Notes under the pieces: generated by a model
The model's database searches: none
What the model saw: only the letters and a program-made list of their open reading frames with translations
Told to the model about the DNA's origin: nothing
Program-made: the position numbers and the translations under genes
Part shown: positions 8,539 through 16,891 of the stretch, in pieces
Layout of the letters: each line of letters opens with the position of its first letter
How positions within the stretch are numbered: the stretch's first letter is position 1
NCBI GenBank assembly: GCA_049274895.1
Contig: JBASTM010000011.1
Span: 2,011 to 66,010, forward strand
Length of the DNA stretch: 64,000 bases
Reading direction: 5' to 3'
Origin: Minisyncoccia bacterium
GTDB lineage: Bacteria > Patescibacteriota > Minisyncoccia > JACQLN01

Positions 8539-10680
8539 CTATTTGCGGCGGCCGGAAATTATTTCCTCGGCGATGTTTTTGGGCACCTCTTCGTAGTGGT
8601 TGAACTCCATCGTGTATGACGCCCGACCCTCGCTTAAAGAACGCAGTTGGGTGGAATAGCCGAACATTTCGGATAAGGGCACTTTGGCGTCTATAACTTT
8701 AAGCGCCGAATCGCCCACCGCGCTGGTGCCGCCCCGCGCCGCCATTTGCTCGATGCGGGCGCGTTTGGACGAAAGATCCCCGGTAACTTCGCCCAAAAAC
8801 TTTTCGGGCACGATCACCTCAACTTTCATTACTGGCTCCAACAAAACCGGGCTCGCCCTTTTAGCGCCTTCTTGAAAAGCTATACTGCCGGCGATTTTGA
8901 AAGCCATTTCCGAAGAGTCCACCTCGTGAAATGAACCATCATAAAGCGTGGCTTTAACATCAACCACCGGGTAGCCGGCCACCACGCCTTTATCTATCGC
9001 CTCTTTGATGCCTTTTTCCACCGCCGGAATAAACTCCTGCGGAATGGCGCCGCCTTTAATGGCGTTGACAAACTCAAACCCGGCGCCGCGATCCAGCGGC
9101 TCCAATTTTAAGCGCACGTGGCCGTACTGGCCGCGGCCGCCCGACTGGCGGATATATTTGCCTTCGGCCTCGGCCGTGCTTTTAACGGTTTCTTTGTAAG
9201 CTACCTGCGGCCGGCCGACGTTGGCATCCACCTTAAACTCCCGTTTCATACGGTCCACAATTATTTCCAAATGCAATTCGCCCATGCCGGCAATTAAAGT
9301 ATCGCCGGTCTCCTCGTCGCCTCTTATTCTAAAAGTCGGATCTTCATCGGCCAGGCGGCGCAAAGCCAAACCCATTTTTTCCTGATCGGCTTTGGTTTTG
9401 GGCTCAATCCGCACCGAGATGACCGGCTCGGGAAAGACTATCTGCTCCAGCAGTATCGGTTTGTCTTCATCTGAAAGAGTGTCGCCGGTTCGGGTGTATT
9501 TTAAGCCCACCGCCGCGCCGATCTCGCCGGCAAAAATCTCTTTGACTTCTTCGCGGTGGTTGGCGTGCATTCTTAAAATGCGTCCGATTCTTTCTTTTTG
9601 ATTTTTATTGACGTTCAGAACATAGGAACCGGCTTCCAGCGTACCTGAATAGACTCTAAAAAAAGTCAGTTGGCCCACAAAAGGATCACTGGCAACTTTG
9701 AAAGCCAAGGCTGAAAAAGCGACTTCGTCGCTAGCCGGGCGTTCCTCCGAAGCCCCGGTCTTGGGATTGACTCCTTTTACCGGAGGTAAATCTACGGGGC
9801 TCGGCAAATAATAGAGCACGGCGTCCAACATCAACTGCACACCTTTATTTTTTAAGGCCGAACCGCACAAAACTGGAATAAATTTACCGGCAATAGCGGC
9901 GGCCCGCAAAGCTTTTCTTAGTTCAACCAAGGTAGGTTTTTCCCCGCCCAAATAACGCTCCATCAAGACGTCGTCGGTTTCAACAACTTTTTCTACCAGT
10001 TCGGCCCGGCATTTTTCGGCTTCAACTTTCATATCATCGGGAATATCGGCTTCAATAACCTGCTCGCCGTGCTCGCCTTCAAAACGATAGGCCTTCATTT
10101 TCATTAGATCCACCACACCCTCAAAATTTTCCTCCAAACCGATCGGTAATTGGACTTTTACAGCTTTAGAGGTTAAGCGTTCTAAAATGGAAGCATAAGA
10201 TTTTTCAAAAGAAGCGCCGGTGCGGTCCAGTTTGTTTATAAAACAAATTCTAGGCACATTATATTTATCGGCTTGGCGCCAGACGGTTTCGGACTGGGGC
10301 TCCACGCCGGCTACGCCGTCAAAAACCACCACCGCGCCGTCCAAAACGCGAAGCGACCGTTCCACCTCCACCGTAAAATCAACGTGGCCGGGCGTATCGA
10401 TTATGTTAATACGCATCTCTTTTTCCTTGGTTTTGACCCCGCCGGCCCGATCTTCGGTCGGCGTCCAAAAACAGGTGGTAGCCGCGGCGGTTATAGTGAT
10501 GCCCCGCTCCTGTTCCTGTTCCATCCAATCCATGATGGCCTCGCCTTCGTGGACCTCGCCGATCTTGTGCGACACGCCCGTGTAAAACAAAACCCGCTCG
10601 GAAACGGTCGTTTTTCCGGCATCAATGTGAGCTACAATGCCAATATCTCTGGTGCGTTCGATGGGGTAATCACGTGACAT
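8539..10680 (-). CDS. fusA: Translation elongation factor G
   Basis: 713 aa ([25 protein letters not shown]...). GTPase G1-G4 motifs are present. Confidence 0.95.
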   Translation of the reverse strand: MSRDYPIERTRDIGIVAHIDAGKTTVSERVLFYTGVSHKIGEVHEGEAIMDWMEQEQERGITITAAATTCFWTPTEDRAGGVKTKEKEMRINIIDTPGHVDFTVEVERSLRVLDGAVVVFDGVAGVEPQSETVWRQADKYNVPRICFINKLDRTGASFEKSYASILERLTSKAVKVQLPIGLEENFEGVVDLMKMKAYRFEGEHGEQVIEADIPDDMKVEAEKCRAELVEKVVETDDVLMERYLGGEKPTLVELRKALRAAAIAGKFIPVLCGSALKNKGVQLMLDAVLYYLPSPVDLPPVKGVNPKTGASEERPASDEVAFSALAFKVASDPFVGQLTFFRVYSGTLEAGSYVLNVNKNQKERIGRILRMHANHREEVKEIFAGEIGAAVGLKYTRTGDTLSDEDKPILLEQIVFPEPVISVRIEPKTKADQEKMGLALRRLADEDPTFRIRGDEETGDTLIAGMGELHLEIIVDRMKREFKVDANVGRPQVAYKETVKSTAEAEGKYIRQSGGRGQYGHVRLKLEPLDRGAGFEFVNAIKGGAIPQEFIPAVEKGIKEAIDKGVVAGYPVVDVKATLYDGSFHEVDSSEMAFKIAGSIAFQEGAKRASPVLLEPVMKVEVIVPEKFLGEVTGDLSSKRARIEQMAARGGTSAVGDSALKVIDAKVPLSEMFGYSTQLRSLSEGRASYTMEFNHYEEVPKNIAEEIISGRRK

Positions 10681-10810
10681 ATGCCAATTTTATTTACGAA
10701 CGAAGTGAGTAAATATTAAAATTGAGCACCCCGAGCGCAGTCGAGGGGTAATCCTTCGACCTAGCTCAGGATAAGGTTTTGTTACCGCTCGCTTCGCTCG
10801 CGGACAAAGC
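10681..10810 (-). promoter_or_regulatory. Leader-B-related element upstream of fusA
   Basis: Minus strand reads ...gtgctcaattttaatatttactcacttcgttcgtaaataaaattggc-ATG. Confidence 0.5.
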
Positions 10811-10812
10811 CC

Positions 10813-11280
10813 TTACCAACTAAAATGCGCGAAAGCTTTATTAGCTTCGGCCATGCGGTGGGTGTCGTTTTTCTTCTTGATGGCGTTGCCTTCGTTTTTG
10901 GCGGCCAAGATGATCTCCTCGGCCAGTTTCTGGTCCATGGGCTTGCCCTTGCCGGCCCGAGCCGCCAGAATAAGCCACCTCATCGCCAGAGCCAATTTGC
11001 GCTCGCCTCTCACTTCGCGCGGGACCTGGTAATTGGCGCCGCCAATGCGGCGGGATTTTACTTCCAGTTGGGGCGAAACATTTTTGATGGCTGTTTCAAA
11101 AACTTCCAAACCGGGCTTTTTCTCTTTCTGCTCTATATTATCCAAGGCCTGGTAAAAAATCTTCTGGGACACGCTCTTTTCCCCATGCTGCATTATTTTA
11201 TTAATAAACCGGGCGGCCAAAACACTGCCGTGTTTATAATCGGGTTTAATATCGCGTTTGATGTTTATTTTGCGTCGCAT
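10813..11280 (-). CDS. rpsG: 30S ribosomal protein S7
   Basis: 155 aa S7 family. Confidence 0.9.
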   Translation of the reverse strand: MRRKINIKRDIKPDYKHGSVLAARFINKIMQHGEKSVSQKIFYQALDNIEQKEKKPGLEVFETAIKNVSPQLEVKSRRIGGANYQVPREVRGERKLALAMRWLILAARAGKGKPMDQKLAEEIILAAKNEGNAIKKKNDTHRMAEANKAFAHFSW

Positions 11281-11285
11281 GAATC

Positions 11286-11313
11286 AGCTTTTAGCTTTTA
11301 GCTTTTAGCTTCT
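11286..11313. repeat. (AGCTTTT)x4 heptamer tandem repeat in the rpsL-rpsG intercistronic region. It is flanked by inverted TAGCTT/AAGCTA copies.
   Basis: Direct reading: cagcttttagcttttagcttttagcttcttagg, then aagctaataagctaggaagcta. Confidence 0.8.
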
Positions 11314-11355
11314 TAGGATTTTACTAAAAAGCTAATAAGCTAGGAAGCTAATTTT

Positions 11356-11766
11356 CTATTTGGGAGTCTTAGCCCCATACTTGCTCCGCCGCTGCTTGCG
11401 GCCCTCTACGCCGGTAGCATCCAGCAGGCCGCGCACAATGTGATAGCGGATGCCGGGCAAATCTTTAACCCGCCCGCCCCGCAAAATCACCACCGAGTGT
11501 TCCTGCAGATTGTGGCCGATGCCGGGAATATAGGCCGTCACCTCCATACCGTTGGATAATCTCACCCGCGCGATTTTGCGCAAAGCCGAGTTGGGTTTTT
11601 TGGGCGTCATCGTGCGCACCGAAAGGCACACGCCTCTTTTGAAAGGCGACTGGAAAGCGGAGTATCTGTTTTTTAAGCTATTGAACGCAAAAGTCAGCGC
11701 CGGCGATTTGGATTTGCGCTTGGAGGTTTTTCTTGGTCTTTTGATTAGTTGATTTATCGTCGGCAT
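11356..11766 (-). CDS. rpsL: 30S ribosomal protein S12
   Basis: 136 aa with the S12 family signature [10 protein letters not shown]...GHNLQEHS. Confidence 0.95.
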   Translation of the reverse strand: MPTINQLIKRPRKTSKRKSKSPALTFAFNSLKNRYSAFQSPFKRGVCLSVRTMTPKKPNSALRKIARVRLSNGMEVTAYIPGIGHNLQEHSVVILRGGRVKDLPGIRYHIVRGLLDATGVEGRKQRRSKYGAKTPK

Positions 11767-11774
11767 TGATTATA

Positions 11775-11806
11775 AAGGTCAGACCTTGCTAGCAAGGTCT
11801 GACCTT
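11775..11806. promoter_or_regulatory. 32-nt perfect palindrome 9 nt upstream of the rpsL start codon
   Basis: aaggtcagaccttgctagcaaggtctgacctt equals its own reverse complement. Confidence 0.7.
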
Positions 11807-11914
11807 GATCTTACTAGGACACATCGGATTTTAAGCTGAAATCATTATAGATTAAAACAGGCCTTGGCGCAAGAACCAGCATCTACCGAGCTTGCGGCCG
11901 CAACCTCGGTAGAT

Positions 11915-11967
11915 GAAATTAAATATAATAATAAAATGGGGTGAGCACGGTGTTTTGCGCTCACCCC
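11915..11967 (-). terminator. Rho-independent terminator (9-bp GC stem plus U-rich tail) closing the upstream structured RNA
   Basis: Minus strand reads ggggtgagc-gcaaaacaccgt-gctcacccc followed by auuuuauuauuauauuu. Confidence 0.7.
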
Positions 11968-12330
11968 TGACGTCGCCGACCCCCGAAGAGAAGAGGGTGT
12001 CGACTACTTGCTTGTTGAAATCCTTCGGGCCGGTTGAATTTATAGCTGTCTCAACCGGGGTCAATCTAAGTGGGAGCGGTATTTCACTGTCGGCTCCCTC
12101 CGACCCGGAAGTCGGAGCTCTAAGCCCAGCTTACTCTACGCGAAACTTAGATTCCCGTTGGGACCGGTGCGTGGGAATTGAACCCACCTATCTCGACTAC
12201 GTTCGCCTCCGAAGCCTCCGACTCCGATCTCTCCGCGTAGGCTCCCCCAGAGGCACATCGAGATAAACCGTCTGACACCGTTTCCATGCAAGCAAATAGA
12301 TGCTAGCAAAACATCTGGCCGAGGTCAATA
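11968..12330 (-). ncRNA. Structured non-coding RNA candidate of unassigned class (rnpB-like or a novel RNA)
   Basis: This is a 620-nt gap with no credible ORF. It contains multiple GC-rich helices and a T-loop-like hairpin gtggg-ttcaatt-cccac. It is bounded by an upstream 17-bp hairpin and a downstream intrinsic terminator. Boundaries are approximate. Confidence 0.35.
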
Positions 12331-12388
12331 GCAGATAAGACATCTAATAATGTTGAACATCCGATGTTCAACATTATTAGACTAATGA

Positions 12389-13006
12389 TCAAAACAACAA
12401 CGGGGAGCCGGTTATCAGCTGGAAGATTACGGGAATTATCGGAACTATCAAAGGAAACAAAAAGAAGATAAATATCAACACCAAAAACATACCATAACGC
12501 TCCAGTATAACGAGCTGGCGTTCGTAGCGGTAGGGCAAAACGGCGGCTAAAATTTTGGAGCCGTCCAAGGGCGGTATGGGAATTAAATTAAAAATACCTA
12601 AAAGGATATTGATGTAGACTATCAAAGACAACCCCAAGCCAGCCGCGGCCGGGATAGGCGCCCAGCGTAAAGCCAAACCAAAAAACAAGGCCACGGCAAA
12701 ATTGGACAAAGGCCCGGCCGCGGCCACGGCGGCCGGGCCCCATTTTTGATTTTTAAGATTATAGGGGTTATAAGGCACGGGCTTAGCCCAACCGAATATA
12801 AACCCGCCCGCGAGATACGAAATCAGCGGCACTAAAAACGAACCCACAAAATCAAGATGTTTGAGAGGGTTAAAACTTAGCCGGCCAAGGTCGCGGGCGG
12901 TGGGATCGCCTAACTTGTTAGCCGCAAGACCATGAGAAACCTCGTGCGCCACCACCGACATAATCAGCACCGCTAAATTGAAAATAAGCAATACCGTTTG
13001 ATCCAT
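12389..13006 (-). CDS. Site-2 protease family zinc metalloprotease (peptidase M50)
   Basis: 205 aa, polytopic. It has HEVSHG (HExxH) and the NLIPIPPLDG motif. Confidence 0.8.
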   Translation of the reverse strand: MDQTVLLIFNLAVLIMSVVAHEVSHGLAANKLGDPTARDLGRLSFNPLKHLDFVGSFLVPLISYLAGGFIFGWAKPVPYNPYNLKNQKWGPAAVAAAGPLSNFAVALFFGLALRWAPIPAAAGLGLSLIVYINILLGIFNLIPIPPLDGSKILAAVLPYRYERQLVILERYGMFLVLIFIFFLFPLIVPIIPVIFQLITGSPLLF

Positions 13007-13046
13007 ATAATGTTTTGTGTTAATGTGATTCTACCATACAAAAAAT

Positions 13047-13086
13047 CATTCGTATATTCGTATAAATTCGTATTTCGTAAAGATAT
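13047..13086 (+). promoter_or_regulatory. Leader-A element upstream of rpmB
   Basis: Reads cattcgtatattcgtataaattcgtatttcgtaaagatat-ATG. Confidence 0.65.
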
Positions 13087-13305
13087 ATGACTTGCCCCGT
13101 ATGTAAAAAAATAAGCGGTTTTCGCATCAAGCGCGTGCTTTTACGTGGCCATTATAATCCCACGGTCAAACAAAAACAGCATCCTAATTTGCAATGGATT
13201 AAAATCGGCTCGGGCAAAAGGATCAAAGTCTGCGCCAGCTGCATCAAGGCCTCTCAAAAAAATCCCAACTACTTTAAAGAGGCGGCTCCGAATTTGGTTA
13301 AATAA
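13087..13305 (+). CDS. rpmB: 50S ribosomal protein L28
   Basis: 72 aa with C-x2-C ... PNLQ ... C-x2-C zinc-ribbon spacing typical of L28. A leader-A element sits directly upstream and a terminator downstream. Confidence 0.65.
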   Translation: MTCPVCKKISGFRIKRVLLRGHYNPTVKQKQHPNLQWIKIGSGKRIKVCASCIKASQKNPNYFKEAAPNLVK

Positions 13306-13335
13306 ATACTCTATCGAGGTTTAACCTCGATACAA

Positions 13336-13365
13336 AAGACCCGACCATGGTCGGGTCTTTTGATT
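13336..13365 (+). terminator. Rho-independent terminator of rpmB
   Basis: Hairpin gacccgacc-atgg-tcgggtc followed by ttttgatt. Confidence 0.75.
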
Positions 13366-13374
13366 CGGTTTGGT

Positions 13375-13445
13375 GTCGGGCTGCGGGGAATCGAACCCCG
13401 GCTGCAAGACCCCCAGCCTCGCGTACTACCATTATACGACAGCCC
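13375..13445 (-). tRNA. tRNA-Pro (anticodon GGG)
   Basis: A manual cloverleaf fits. Acceptor is CGGGCTG/CAGCCCG with U8. D-arm is GTAT-AATGGTA-GTAC. Anticodon stem is CGAGG/TCTTG with loop CTGGGGG. T-arm is CGGGG-TTCGATT-CCCCG. Discriminator is A and CCA is not encoded. Confidence 0.75.
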
Positions 13446-13451
13446 GTTAAA

Positions 13452-13952
13452 CTACTTACCATGCCCGAAACCACCATCTCGGATGCGGAAATCGTCTAAA
13501 ATATCCAAACCGCGTTGGTCTTTGATGGTGGGATCTTGGACTAGATTATAAATGGCGTCGCCGGTGTCTTGGTGCAAAATGGCATAGAGCCGAGTTCCGA
13601 GCTTATATTCTTTAACCAAATCCACTATCACATATTTATGCTCGCCCGCCGCCAAAAAACGGCTGGTACCCACCAATGTGCCGTACTTGTCGTACGGGTT
13701 TTCGTACACGGCCACGAAGCCGGGTCGGGCCAAAGTCACATTATCAACATAAACCCGATTTTCTATGATCACGCCGTCGCTATAGGGTTTTTGATCTATT
13801 ATTTTAACCGAAGCCAAGGTGGACGCCCGAATAGCAAAATCCGGCGTCGGATTGGCCCAGCCCCTCAACCAAACCACGCCAAAATAAAGGCCGAGGGCTA
13901 TTAAACCAAAAAACAAGGCGTAAAACGGCACCTCCAACCTGATTCTTTTCAT
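13452..13952 (-). CDS. Hypothetical membrane-anchored exported protein
   Basis: 166 aa with an N-terminal TM/signal anchor. No recognised motif. Confidence 0.4.
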   Translation of the reverse strand: MKRIRLEVPFYALFFGLIALGLYFGVVWLRGWANPTPDFAIRASTLASVKIIDQKPYSDGVIIENRVYVDNVTLARPGFVAVYENPYDKYGTLVGTSRFLAAGEHKYVIVDLVKEYKLGTRLYAILHQDTGDAIYNLVQDPTIKDQRGLDILDDFRIRDGGFGHGK

Positions 13953-13999
13953 ATTTATTGATTGTATACGAAAATTGACGGTATAATCAAGTGAACCTT

Positions 14000-14974
14000 A
14001 TGTTTGAACAAACTCTCGAAAATTTTCCCAAACAGTTTGAGTGGCGACCGGAGATAGGCAATGCCGAGAAACTCACTCCAAAAGAAAAGATAATTGTTTT
14101 AGGTATGGGCGGCTCGCACCTGGCGGCCGACCTCGCCCGAACTTGGGCGTCTTATTGGGGCAAGATAATGATTCACTCCGACTACGGCCTGCCGGAATTG
14201 ACCGACGAGGAGTTAGCCAGCTATTTGATTATCGCGAGCTCGCACTCGGGCAATACCGAGGAAGTTATTGACGGACTCAATATGGCACTGGAAAAAAACT
14301 TGCCGGTCACGGTAATAGCGAGCGGTGGCCAGTTACTAGAAATAGCCCAAAAGCAAAATCTCCCTTACATCAAACTACCCGCGGAAAATATACAGCCCCG
14401 AGTGGCTCTGGGGCACTCTTTACTGGCCATATTAAAGCTGGCTGGCCAAGAAGAAACCATTAAGGAACTGTACGAACTGGTTCACATGTTGAAAGTGGAG
14501 GAAATAAAACCCGAGGCCCAAAAACTGGCCGAGAAACTACGCGGCCAAATACCAATAATTTATGCTTCCACGCGCAAGTTGCCTTTGGCTGTAAACTGGA
14601 AGGTAAAGTTTAACGAGACGGCCAAGATTCCGGCCTTCGCTAATGCCGTGCCGGAACTTAACCACAACGAAATGGCCGGGTTTGATGCTTCGCCGACCAG
14701 CCGAGAGCTAGGCGAAAAATTCTCGTTTATAATCCTAGAAGATAAATACGACCACCTTAAAAATCAAAAGCGGCTGGCCGCTTTGGCCGAGCTATTAAAG
14801 GCGAGGGGGCTAACAGTGGAAAGAATACAACTTCAAGGCCAAAACCACTGGCATAAGATATTAAGCTCGGTGGTGATGGCCGACTGGACCAGTTATTATT
14901 TAGCCGAATTTTACGGAGTGGAAGTGGAAAACGTGCCGACAGTAGAAGAATTCAAAAAGAAGCTAACTGGTTAA
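14000..14974 (+). CDS. Bifunctional phosphoglucose/phosphomannose isomerase-like SIS-domain protein
   Basis: SIS motif LGMGGSHLAADL. The start is placed at ATG 14000. The ORF-track start at 13991 is GTG. A sigma70-like TTGATT-18-TATAAT sits at 13958-13987. Confidence 0.6.
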   Translation: MFEQTLENFPKQFEWRPEIGNAEKLTPKEKIIVLGMGGSHLAADLARTWASYWGKIMIHSDYGLPELTDEELASYLIIASSHSGNTEEVIDGLNMALEKNLPVTVIASGGQLLEIAQKQNLPYIKLPAENIQPRVALGHSLLAILKLAGQEETIKELYELVHMLKVEEIKPEAQKLAEKLRGQIPIIYASTRKLPLAVNWKVKFNETAKIPAFANAVPELNHNEMAGFDASPTSRELGEKFSFIILEDKYDHLKNQKRLAALAELLKARGLTVERIQLQGQNHWHKILSSVVMADWTSYYLAEFYGVEVENVPTVEEFKKKLTG

Positions 14975-15010
14975 AAAGATTTATGGGACCTATAAGTCCT
15001 ATAATTAAAT

Positions 15011-15040
15011 ATACCGAGATAGCGATCGCTATCTCGGTAT
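15011..15040. terminator. Bidirectional palindromic terminator between convergent genes
   Basis: ataccgagatagcgatcgctatctcggtat is a 30-nt perfect palindrome with a GCGATCGC core, followed by attttc. Confidence 0.6.
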
Positions 15041-15065
15041 ATTTTCAGTAGCATATCAACAAAAA

Positions 15066-15269
15066 TTACATCATCTGCCCGCCCTTTTTGCTAGAGGAAA
15101 CAGCTACCAGTACAGCCGAAAGACCTACCAGAATGTAGACCACTTTGGCCACACCCGAATCCATACCTCCCAACCAGCGGCTGATGTCCCAGCCAAACAA
15201 ACCCACTAACAGCCAGTTGAGACCTCCCAGAACCAAAAGAATGAAGGCCACTTTGTGTAAGGATTTCAT
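15066..15269 (-). CDS. DUF378-family small membrane protein
   Basis: 67 aa with two TM helices and GLNWLLVGLFGWD. A leader-A element sits directly upstream. Confidence 0.55.
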   Translation of the reverse strand: MKSLHKVAFILLVLGGLNWLLVGLFGWDISRWLGGMDSGVAKVVYILVGLSAVLVAVSSSKKGGQMM

Positions 15270-15312
15270 TAATAAATATTTACGAAGTACGAATAATTAC
15301 GAATTTACGAAT
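15270..15312 (-). promoter_or_regulatory. Leader-A element upstream of the DUF378 gene
   Basis: Minus strand reads aattcgtaaattcgtaattattcgtacttcgtaaatatttatta-ATG. Confidence 0.65.
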
Positions 15313-15384
15313 TAAATAATAAGTCCCGTGAATTCGCAAAGATCGCCGACGCTATTAAATGATAATAGCTTTATTATACCACAA

Positions 15385-16785
15385 CTAGCGTCCCAGGCCG
15401 GCCAGGACGATATTCACAGTCTTGAGGATGATGCCCACATCAAATATAAATGAGCGATTTTTAAGGTAGTAAAAGTCGTAAGCCAGTTTCTCGCGGGTAT
15501 CTTCCACCGAAGAGCCGTAGGTGTAGTTTATCTGGGCCCAGCCCGTGAGGCCCGGCTTAACTAAGTATCTACGGTCGTAAAAAGGGATTTCTTTGGTCAA
15601 AAGCTCGTGAAACTCCGGCCGCTCGGCCCGCGGCCCCACAAAAGACATCTCCCCTTTTAAGATGTTAATAAGCTGGGGCAGTTCGTCTAAACGGGTTTTA
15701 CGCAGCAGCCGCCCCACTTTGGTTATTCTGGCATCATTGGGGGTGGTCCACTGGGCCCCGCCCGCTTCGGCATCGGTGCGCATGGTCCTAAACTTGACCA
15801 GTGTAAAAGACCGACCCTGGCGGCCCACCCGAACTTGTTTATAAAAAACCGGGCCGCTGTCTTCCAGTTTGGTCAAAACAGCAACCAAAACACCCAAGGC
15901 CGCAGACGGAATAAAAAGAGCCAAAACTACCCCAAAATCCAAAACCCTTTTGACGCCCTCATAAAAAGTCCGCCGACCCGAGGCGAAATTGTTCAAAAAC
16001 CAAACGTGATCCACGTTGTTAAGGTCAACCTTGCGCCAGACCCTTTCGCTAAACTTGGAAAGATTGGCCACCTCCACGTGGCCCACGAAATTATAAAGCG
16101 ACGAGGTTAAAGAACTCTGATCCAAAAATTTATCATCTATAATAAAAGCGCGAATGCCTTGACTGTTGACCAAAGATGCAATATCAACCTGGCGCGGCGG
16201 ATTCAAAATCTGCGGCAGGTGTTGATGATGGATTTGATTGGCAAAGGCCTGCTGGGGCCCGACCAAAAAATCAACCTTATAGCCGATCTGCGGGTTTTGG
16301 TTAAGCTTGATGGCTAAAACCGCTCCCCGCTCGTCCCAAGAAACTACGGCGGTTTTCACCAAGAGATTCTTTTTTAAGATGCGGTTGATCTGGCCGCGCC
16401 ACAACACAAACAACAAGGAAAAAACGGCAAAATAAATAAAGAGATTGGTTTTGGGAGCCACCTCCGATGAGCCGGCAAAGTAAAACCATAACACCGCCGC
16501 CAAAAAGTTAACGATTAAAGAACGGGCGAGGCCGCCGTAAAACTCCAAGGTGTTTTTGGCCGAAGTAATTTCGTAGAGGTTATGGATGTAAAAAACCACC
16601 AGCCAAACCAGCATTAGCGGCGTGAAAGCTTGGGCGTGTATGTAAAAAAAATCCGCGGTGGTGTAATTGGAACTGGCCAAGCCCGACACACCGCTGTATC
16701 TTAAATAAACCGTGGCCAACAACGCCAAGTAGAGGAATAAAATATCCCCCATCAAGATGATTATCTTTTTGGCTTGGGCGGGCAT
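15385..16785 (-). CDS. Polyprenyl-phosphate sugar phosphotransferase, the initiating enzyme of glycan assembly (WbaP/bacterial sugar transferase family)
   Basis: 466 aa with N-terminal TM helices. The C-terminal sugar-transferase domain reads ...FYKQVRVGRQGRSFTLVKFRTMRTDAE...DELPQLINILKGEMSFVGPR. Confidence 0.85.
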   Translation of the reverse strand: MPAQAKKIIILMGDILFLYLALLATVYLRYSGVSGLASSNYTTADFFYIHAQAFTPLMLVWLVVFYIHNLYEITSAKNTLEFYGGLARSLIVNFLAAVLWFYFAGSSEVAPKTNLFIYFAVFSLLFVLWRGQINRILKKNLLVKTAVVSWDERGAVLAIKLNQNPQIGYKVDFLVGPQQAFANQIHHQHLPQILNPPRQVDIASLVNSQGIRAFIIDDKFLDQSSLTSSLYNFVGHVEVANLSKFSERVWRKVDLNNVDHVWFLNNFASGRRTFYEGVKRVLDFGVVLALFIPSAALGVLVAVLTKLEDSGPVFYKQVRVGRQGRSFTLVKFRTMRTDAEAGGAQWTTPNDARITKVGRLLRKTRLDELPQLINILKGEMSFVGPRAERPEFHELLTKEIPFYDRRYLVKPGLTGWAQINYTYGSSVEDTREKLAYDFYYLKNRSFIFDVGIILKTVNIVLAGLGR

Positions 16786-16835
16786 AAAATGCAGTTTGTT
16801 TTTATCTATCTATACAACCAAAAACATGGCCCAAA

Positions 16836-16869
16836 GTAACCAAAAACCCCGCTCTTCAGAAGGGCGGGG
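16836..16869 (-). terminator. Rho-independent terminator after the peptidoglycan-binding protein gene
   Basis: Minus strand reads ccccgcccttctgaagagcgggg followed by tttttggtt. Confidence 0.6.
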
Positions 16870-16891
16870 TCTTGATTCATATCTAATAAAA

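Noticed and set aside
12160-12190. T-loop-like hairpin interpreted as the 3' part of a tRNA or tmRNA (standard or permuted)
   Set aside because: No complementary 5' acceptor strand (YYGGUGY) lies within tRNA distance. There is no G3:U70 or ACCA context for tmRNA. The RNA 3' end is a plain stem-loop plus terminator, so a tRNA/tmRNA call is not supportable.
11913-12266. 117-aa plus ORF and 70-aa minus ORF in the rpsL-upstream gap
   Set aside because: The translations are Ser/Arg/Leu low-complexity with no start context. The region is palindrome-dense and better explained as structured RNA.
13360-13551. 63-aa plus-strand ORF
   Set aside because: It overlaps tRNA-Pro(GGG) and the 3' end of the 13452-13952 gene. 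It is Arg/Pro-rich and spurious.
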